Assembly: GCA_965198115.1 (NCBI GenBank)
Contig: OZ240241.1
Span: 2,144,001 to 2,208,000 of the forward strand
Direction: 5' to 3'
Origin: Candidatus Latescibacterota bacterium
GTDB lineage: Bacteria > Latescibacterota > UBA2968
DNA length: 64,000 nucleotides
The position numbers and the translations under genes are program-made. Positions 57,290 through 64,000 of the stretch are shown here, piece after piece. The notes beneath the pieces are model-generated. The model worked only from the letters and a program-made list of their open reading frames with translations, did no database searches and was not told the DNA's origin. Each line of letters begins with the position of its first letter. The stretch's first letter is position 1.

Positions 57290-58462
57290 TCAAACGGACA
57301 GTCCTTCGATCTCGCCTCGCTCGAGAAAGTCCAGGTCGAGAGTCACTTCGACACGCTTTCGGTTTTCACCCACGAGCGCGACGCGACCGTCCTTCGCCCG
57401 ACGGATATTCCTGACGCGATCGAACCCCTGGGGTACTTTCGCAACACCCAAGATGAGGGTCACGTCCGTCGGTCGACGAGGTGAGAGGCGATCGATGGTT
57501 TTGACGCCACGCCTCGTAAAGTCGTTTGCTCGCAGCGAATTGGCGATCCCGTCTCCCCAGAACGTCGTGCCTTCCTCGATCCCCATCACGTTGATGTGTC
57601 GTCCGTTCCACGGTGCGGCGTATCGTCCTCCGTTCGTGATCCACAGAACCGTGCTCGCCAGAACACGCGGATTCTTGATGTTGAAGTAGACATAGCCCTC
57701 GCGCGCGAACGTCACGGCCGACCACGCAAAAGGAAGCGAGGGATCCGAACAGAGCATGGCCAGGTCTTCATATCCTCTTCGAGCCGGGTAGGACGTCAGA
57801 TCGGCCGTGGTCCCGTCGGTGAGTGGAACCCTCCTGAGACTATCGATCACCTGATTCGGCTTCAGAATCGAATAGGTGCCGACCTCCGGGCTCTCCACCG
57901 GCTCGTAGAACGTCGCGGCGTGGATATGACGACTGAACGAGAGCCGCCCGCTCCCCGGCCGGTCCGGAAACTGAACACACGGATGATGCGCGAACGTCAT
58001 CGGTCCAGACATCCCCGACAGACGATGGCGGCTGTAAACCGCGTTGTGGCCGTTCATCAACGTCAGCGACTTGGTAACTGTCCCCGACTGGACACGAAGC
58101 CTCATCTCCAGGTGAAGAGACACCCCCGACTTCGTTCGTGACTGTCCGAGCAAACGCCACCTCCGGTTGGCCGTTTCACCGTGCGCCGGATAGGTCTTTC
58201 CTCGGTAAACCGTATCTCCTCCGCTGAACGGCATACAAAAAAAATCGCCCCGCAGCCCCTGAAGGAGCGGTTCAACGCCCGGAGGCAGCTTCTCGGTCGA
58301 CCACGGCGCGATGGCATAGGGCTGAACGGGCTTTGCCGTGTCCCGGTGGAAGGTGACCGGCGCCATCATCCCACCCAACCGAGCAACAGACATAGCCACG
58401 GTATCGGACCGCACGGTCCAACTCGGCTGCCCACGCACGACACGCAGTGCTGGTTTTGTCAT
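57290..58462 (-). CDS. Galactose mutarotase/aldose epimerase-like fold protein
   Basis: LRGDFFCMPF, PAHGETAN, AHHP, LWITNGGR..PWNGRH. Confidence 0.6.
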   Translation of the reverse strand: MTKPALRVVRGQPSWTVRSDTVAMSVARLGGMMAPVTFHRDTAKPVQPYAIAPWSTEKLPPGVEPLLQGLRGDFFCMPFSGGDTVYRGKTYPAHGETANRRWRLLGQSRTKSGVSLHLEMRLRVQSGTVTKSLTLMNGHNAVYSRHRLSGMSGPMTFAHHPCVQFPDRPGSGRLSFSRHIHAATFYEPVESPEVGTYSILKPNQVIDSLRRVPLTDGTTADLTSYPARRGYEDLAMLCSDPSLPFAWSAVTFAREGYVYFNIKNPRVLASTVLWITNGGRYAAPWNGRHINVMGIEEGTTFWGDGIANSLRANDFTRRGVKTIDRLSPRRPTDVTLILGVAKVPQGFDRVRNIRRAKDGRVALVGENRKRVEVTLDLDFLERGEIEGLSV

Positions 58463-58526
58463 AGGGAAGCATCCTGGTAAGGAGTCATTGCCAAATGCTC
58501 AATATTTCGATTCTCGATGTTCGATA

Positions 58527-59510
58527 TCAACAGATCATCCCGCGCTTCGCCCGAATCCCGTGGGCGGGCGGATCATCGCCGATCCAGCGATCGTCCACCG
58601 GGTCTGACGCCAACTGATACCTGGAATCGGAAGAAATCCGCAACCGGTCTGTGTGATTGTCGGAACTCGCGTGCATCGTGTACATGCTGAAAATGAGCAA
58701 GTCACCCATTCGATAATCGTTCGTCAGCCAACGCCCCCCCAACTCCTCACGCGCCGCAATCGCGTCTTTCGAGTAAGAACCCGTCGAGTTCCATCGAATA
58801 GCCTTCTGCTCTTCAGCCGTCAGGGGCCGCTCCTCGGCACGTGCGGCTTCGACCACAGCCTCCGCATCCCCCTCGTTGCTGCAGTAGAGATCGACGTCTG
58901 TCGATCCGTAGCCCGCTTTCAGCTCGGCGTTCAGATGTGATCCTTCGAGCACCATCAGTCCACCCATCTGCAGCGGCACATCCCCATAGGGCACCCACGC
59001 CGAAAACAGCTCCTTCGTGCCCCGTCCCATATAGACGATGTCTAGATGGGGATTCGTCGCGTGCGTCGTCCCCGGTCGCTTACATCGAAACCACGTGTAG
59101 TCGTAGTGGCGAACGGGGCCGCCAAGAAATCGCGTGAAGAAATCAATCAACGGACCTTCGTGAATCACCTGATCGAGCTGTGGGTTGTCATTCGCCATCC
59201 GGGGCATGAACGGTCCCGTTGCGGCTGGATTGATCTCCTTCTCCGACGCAACGCCTTCACTCACGGGGTGGGCCGGATCGAGCGCTCCGATCTCGTTCAG
59301 CCGGTTCATCACCTCGAGACGCGCGGCATTCACTTCATCCACGTTCAACAATCCGGGCAGAAAAAGATAGCCATCCTCATCCATCCTGCGTCGCAGGGCC
59401 TCCGTATCGTGCAAGACCTCATCAGACCGACGCAGCTGAGCGAAGTCGTCGAGCGACGAACCCAACGGGTTGCCGTGGTAAGTCAGGTCGAGGTAGCGGT
59501 CGTCCATCAT
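58527..59510 (-). CDS. Phytanoyl-CoA dioxygenase (PhyH) family Fe/2OG oxygenase
   Basis: DGYLFL, PHLD, GGLMVLEGSH, TMHAS, RISSDSRY. Confidence 0.88.
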   Translation of the reverse strand: MMDDRYLDLTYHGNPLGSSLDDFAQLRRSDEVLHDTEALRRRMDEDGYLFLPGLLNVDEVNAARLEVMNRLNEIGALDPAHPVSEGVASEKEINPAATGPFMPRMANDNPQLDQVIHEGPLIDFFTRFLGGPVRHYDYTWFRCKRPGTTHATNPHLDIVYMGRGTKELFSAWVPYGDVPLQMGGLMVLEGSHLNAELKAGYGSTDVDLYCSNEGDAEAVVEAARAEERPLTAEEQKAIRWNSTGSYSKDAIAAREELGGRWLTNDYRMGDLLIFSMYTMHASSDNHTDRLRISSDSRYQLASDPVDDRWIGDDPPAHGIRAKRGMIC

Positions 59511-59605
59511 TCACTCCATATTCACGGGTTTATCGGGCGATGGTATACTAGCCCATTTTGACCCGGATGGCAAAACAGCGTTGATCAACCTGCTGGGAGA
59601 GCACG

Positions 59606-61358
59606 ATGACAGTTTCTGAGCTGACCCCGTTGCTGCAAGTCTTCGATATGCGAGCCTCCGTCGCCTTCTACCGCGACACGCTCGGTTTTGAGGTGTCAGG
59701 CACCTACGAACCCGACGGTCATCTCTACTGGGCAGAGCTCAAGCTGGGAGCTGCCACCTTGATGCTGAATGCCTCCTTCGAGGATGACGAGCGGCCCGCA
59801 GAACCTGACGCAGCACGCGCCGAAGGACACCACGACACCGAACTGTATCTCCGATGCGAAGATGTAGGCGCAATCCATGCCGACTTGCAGAAGCGAGGCG
59901 TCGCCGTGACCCCGCCACAGGAATCACACGGCCGGCGGGAGATTCGAATCAGCGACCCGGACGGCTTCGTGCTCTCTTTTTTCCGGCTATATCCGGATCT
60001 CTCAACGAGATGAAGTGGGTGAAGGTGCCGTGGTTCCTGGCATGGGGGCGCGGTTAGCGTGTGCGGAACCTCTTCGGAATCTGCTCAGGGATGTTTAGGT
60101 CTCCGACGGTAAGGAAGATCATATCGTTGAATGCGTCGAGTGTGCGGAATCCGCTGGCTCGGTTCTTGACGATTTGGACGATTCGGTTGAGGCCTTCGGC
60201 GATGGCGTTGGTAAGACGCGTGTTCACGAATGCGAGGACGCCGAAGAAGTGCTGTCGCAGGGTCCTGACGAACTTTCGCAGGGGTTCAAGTCGACTTCTG
60301 AGTGCGGACGTCGTCCAGCATTTCAGGAAGCGTTCGGCAGCCCAGGGCGCTTTGTATTCCCAGAACTGCTCGAACTCGTCCTTGAGTCTCCAGGCTCTAT
60401 AGATTCGGTAGTTCGCCTTCTCCAGTGCTTTGAGTGTCCGAGTATCCCCTCTGGAGCGTGTCGCTGAGTGCCGGTAGAGGAGCCATCGGAGGCCCTTCAT
60501 GGCTTTGCGCTCATCCGGGGCAGCTTCACGCCACTGGTCCTTACGGACCTCGTCAACGGCGGCATTGAGAGCCTTGACGATGTGAAAGCGATCGAGGACC
60601 AGCTTGGCATTCGGACAGTGTTCCTGGATGGCTCCGATGTAAGCTTCGCTCATGTCGCAGCAGGCCCACTCGATCTTGGATCTCCGGTAGGGACTGAGAG
60701 CCTCTGTGAAGAACCGATCGATCGTTTTACGCGCCCTGCCGCGGCCAACCCACACCACGCAGGAGCGGTCCAGATCGTAAACGAGCGTGGCGTACCTGTG
60801 ACGCTTGGCGTAGGAGATCCGACAGCGTCGAGGCAGAGATGCGCAGTAACTCGGACGCCGCCTTCTGCGTCATGGTCTGGCAGTAGCGCAGCATGGCATA
60901 CTCGAAGCGATACGTCACCCGAGAGAACCGCTCCGCCCACGGAATCTCCTCGACCACACGACCGTGGGTAGGACACCGAATCTCCCAAGGATGGTAGAGA
61001 AGCCAGACCCTCCACCCGCACACCGGAATGTCACGCCACCGACGCGGATGGGGCATTGTGCGGACGATTTTACCTCGACGGCCGCACTCCGGACAACAAC
61101 AACCATTCTTATGGGGCTTTACGGCGATGACGAAGCAGCTTCTCCCCTCAAACCACCAGCTGACAACACGGAACCCCTTGAATCTCAGCAGTTTCGATAG
61201 TAATCTGCTCCCGGTCATAGGTCGCACCCCCTTCGCTTTGATTGTCCTACACACACAACCAAGCGTAGGGAACGATCTATGACCTTGTCATTCTATAGTT
61301 TCACCGTTGAGAAACCCGGATAGAGCCATATTTCCAGGGAGGAAACAACGATGACTGA
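59606..61358 (+). pseudogene. VOC/glyoxalase protein with ISL3 in its last codons
   Basis: FYRDTLGF, DPDG; native tail (Q)GGNNDD* lies after the IS and overlaps the next start. Confidence 0.8.
59985..61327 (-). mobile_element. ISL3 copy 7 (1343 bp; 77-bp deletion between AGGAGATC repeats, frameshifted)
   Basis: IRs; imperfect TSD TTTTTTCC/ATATTTCC. Confidence 0.93.
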
Positions 61359-61761
61359 CGCGGCCCCTGCGAACCTATCCGCAGACAAGGTGGTGCCGAT
61401 CCTCGGCGTCGATGACATCTCCCGCACTGTCGAGTTCTACGTCGATGGGTTGGGCTTCACCAAGAAGAACGAGTGGATCAAGAACGGACGTCTGAGATGG
61501 TGTTATCTCGAGTACCCTGGTGGCGCTGCAGTGATGGCGCAGGAAGGCCAGCCGGACGATTCGACATCTCGTAAAGGGGTCGGGATCAAGCTCTACTTCT
61601 GGTGCAACGACGCGATCGCTTTCCACAAAGACGTCACAGAGCGCGGCATCGAAGTCCACGAGCCTTTCGTCGGCAACGGGATGCACGTCGTCGATCTGCA
61701 GGATCCAGACGGATACGACCTGGCGTTCCAAAGCCCGGCAGGGAACGCCGAAATCAACTGA
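61351..61761 (+). CDS. VOC/glyoxalase/bleomycin-resistance family protein
   Basis: FYVDGLGF, EPFVGNGM, QDPDGY. Confidence 0.88.
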   Translation: MTDAAPANLSADKVVPILGVDDISRTVEFYVDGLGFTKKNEWIKNGRLRWCYLEYPGGAAVMAQEGQPDDSTSRKGVGIKLYFWCNDAIAFHKDVTERGIEVHEPFVGNGMHVVDLQDPDGYDLAFQSPAGNAEIN

Positions 61762-61866
61762 GCAACTAGGTGTGGAAGACCCAGATGGATACGAGATCGA
61801 CTCCAGGAAGAAATTAGCAATCGCTAAAGGCGAAGCCTTCCTGAAGTGGACTGAACGGAGGAAAGG

Positions 61867-62615
61867 GTGCCGAAACGGAGAGATCAGCTGGACAAAGCCC
61901 TGGAAGTGTTCGCCCGCGCGTGGACCTTCACGCGCAGCTTCACACACCCCTACCTGGCGGAACGGGTCGAGGGAATGTGGGTGATACGAGATGGTCCCCG
62001 GAAGAACGGCAAATACCGATCGGAAGAATGGATTGCCAGCGGCATCGCACCGGAGCGCGTGGATCGGATCGTGCGGGCACGCACGCGCGGGCGGTTCTCC
62101 ATCTGCCGATCTGCCCCGAAGGCGAGTCTGATACGGGTCTACGCGAGGACTATCGGGCGCTCGATTACCGGCTCGGCACGACCGAACCAGTGATGGTGAC
62201 CGAGATCAAGCGTATTCCGCGTTTCAAGAATTCGGTTGAGATCAGGCGCGTGCGAACGCAGGAACTGGCGGATCAGCTGAACACCGCGGCACGGGCTCGT
62301 CAGATCTTGCCGGAGCACCTCGAGGATCACGCTCCGCTCCGCCAGTACGTTGCACTCCAGGGCAATAACCCGGTTGGGTGGGTCCGTAGTATCGTCGTAG
62401 ACGACGCCACCTGGTGCTCGGACATGTACGTGAAGAAGCCGTTCCGCCGTCGTGGCATCGGTCGCTCTCTGATGGAGACAATGCTTCGGGACGACCGAAA
62501 GTACGGCGCCTCTCTGGCCGTCCTGACTGCCAGTCACACAGGTGCGTTGCTCTATCCGCTCCTCGGCTACAGACAGATCGCGAACCTTCTGCTCTACACG
62601 CCACGAAAGCGCTGA
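61867..62615 (+). pseudogene. GNAT acetyltransferase, frameshift at ~62107
   Basis: ORFs 61867 and 61920 join; FRRRGIG, LYPLLGY. Confidence 0.78.
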
Positions 62616-62999
62616 TCCAGATCCAGAGATCCGATCTCTCACGATCGCATTTCAACCGACTACGTTCAGGGGGGTGGTTTACAGTCTGATTTTTGGCCTC
62701 CCGTTCGTGTTTTTTGTGTAATTCGTGGTTCGGGTTTGGTTTTTCCGTGTATTCCGTGTGTGGAGCCTGCCCCGAACGAACGTGAGGGGTGGTCCAATCT
62801 GTTTCTGCATTTCCGTGTTCTATGAGCCTTTACCTCATCGACGCACCTTAGAGGTACCCTCCTTATTCGAGCGCACGGTATGCGTAGGGGATCCGGGTCC
62901 ATTTCCGGATGAGGGAGTGATTCGATTCGTCTGCCTGACAACTGACGACTGGTTCCGATGCGACGCCCACAGGGCGTCGTTTGCGGAACCCTGACAACT

Positions 63000-63420
63000 A
63001 TGTCCCTCACAATCCGCCTCGCCACCGAAGCCGACGTCCCCACCATCGGCGACATCTACAACCATTACATCGAGCATTCGACGTGCACCTTCCACCTCGA
63101 GCCGCAAAGCCACGAACATTATCTGGCCTGGTTTCACGATCGATCCGAGGCCCATCCCATCACCATCGGGGTCACGGACGACCTTGTCGTCGGGTGGGGC
63201 ACCCTAGCGCAAAGGTATTGGTAGCGCACTACTGGCCGACCTCATTGAGCGCGCACGTAACCTCGGGCACCGGACGATTCTCGGGGGTACGTGCACCGAG
63301 CACATCGGCAGTCTCGCTCTACAGGAAGCCTTTGGGTTCCAGCACGTTGGAACACTCAAGGAAGTAGGCTTCAAGTTCGACCGCTGGCTTGATGTCGCAT
63401 ACACGCAACTGCGGCTATAG
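63000..63420 (+). pseudogene. Phosphinothricin-acetyltransferase-like GNAT with internal deletion and frameshift
   Basis: IYNHYI..TF, then KGIGSALL..LKEVGFKFDRWLD in another frame; central strand region absent. Confidence 0.8.
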
Positions 63421-63422
63421 AC

Positions 63423-64000
63423 ATGTCCGGGTCCCACCGAACCGACTACGACAAAGTCGCAGCCGACTACGACGACGACCCGAAACGTCGGAAGGATGTC
63501 GATGCGTATCTTCGCTCGTTCGTCGAAGAGCGAGAACCAGCGTCAGCAGAATGGTCGGCCCTCGATGTCGGGTGTGGCACGGGCAACCAGCACCTCGCCA
63601 ATCGCCAGGCCTTCCCCCTTGCTAGGCTCGTCGGTCTGGATCCTTCCCCTGGGATGTTGCATCGCGCTCGATCCAAGACTACAGACGTCGATTGGGTTCG
63701 TGGAGACGGGTGCCGACTCCCCTTCGCAAACGAGTCGATCGACTATGTAAGCAACCAGTTCGCCTACCCGCACGTCTCGGACCGTGAGGCGCTCATCAGG
63801 GAGATCTTTCGCGTTTTGAAACCCAAAGGACGATTCGTACTCGTCAACATTGCTCCCTGGATGAGCCGGGGTTGGATCTACTATCGATTCTTCCCGGTGG
63901 CCTGGGTCCGTGACGAACAAGACTTTCTTCCCAACGATCGACTCGAAGAGCTGATGCACGAAGCGGGGTTTGCAAATGTGGAGACCACCGTGACCCCACG
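63423..64000 (+). CDS. Class I SAM-dependent methyltransferase (runs off window)
   Basis: LDVGCGTG, GLDPSPGML, LPFANESID, RVLKPKG. Confidence 0.88.
   Translation, partial: MSGSHRTDYDKVAADYDDDPKRRKDVDAYLRSFVEEREPASAEWSALDVGCGTGNQHLANRQAFPLARLVGLDPSPGMLHRARSKTTDVDWVRGDGCRLPFANESIDYVSNQFAYPHVSDREALIREIFRVLKPKGRFVLVNIAPWMSRGWIYYRFFPVAWVRDEQDFLPNDRLEELMHEAGFANVETTVTP

Overview
GC-rich bacterial chromosomal window showing heavy genome erosion. I count 14 insertion sequences or IS remnants covering about 17 kb (~26%): seven ISL3 copies, two copies of one IS256, a second IS256 type, IS200, ISAzo13, IS1380 and an IS3 scar. Several are nested in each other's ends. About 18 of ~47 host genes are interrupted, truncated or frameshifted. 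Host content: a sensor kinase plus spondin-domain lipoprotein; a DUF5939-type adenylate cyclase; a GDPD; tRNA-Asn with a recombinase remnant; an HDAC/polyamine deacetylase; an ABC-F behind a probable attenuator; two ABC exporters; an enolase-family enzyme; a xylonate dehydratase; and a class III nucleotidyl cyclase fused to an RsbW-type kinase next to a STAS gene. Further along are LysO, SDR, SGNH and aldolase genes; an alternative complex III/caa3 oxidase operon inactivated by four independent lesions; a sulfatase; aminotransferases; two convergent small genes with sigma28-like promoters; and PhyH, VOC, GNAT and methyltransferase genes. The best candidate for an undescribed system is the cyclase-RsbW/STAS partner-switch module. 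All assignments come from motif recognition by eye, with no database searches. Some indels may be assembly errors.
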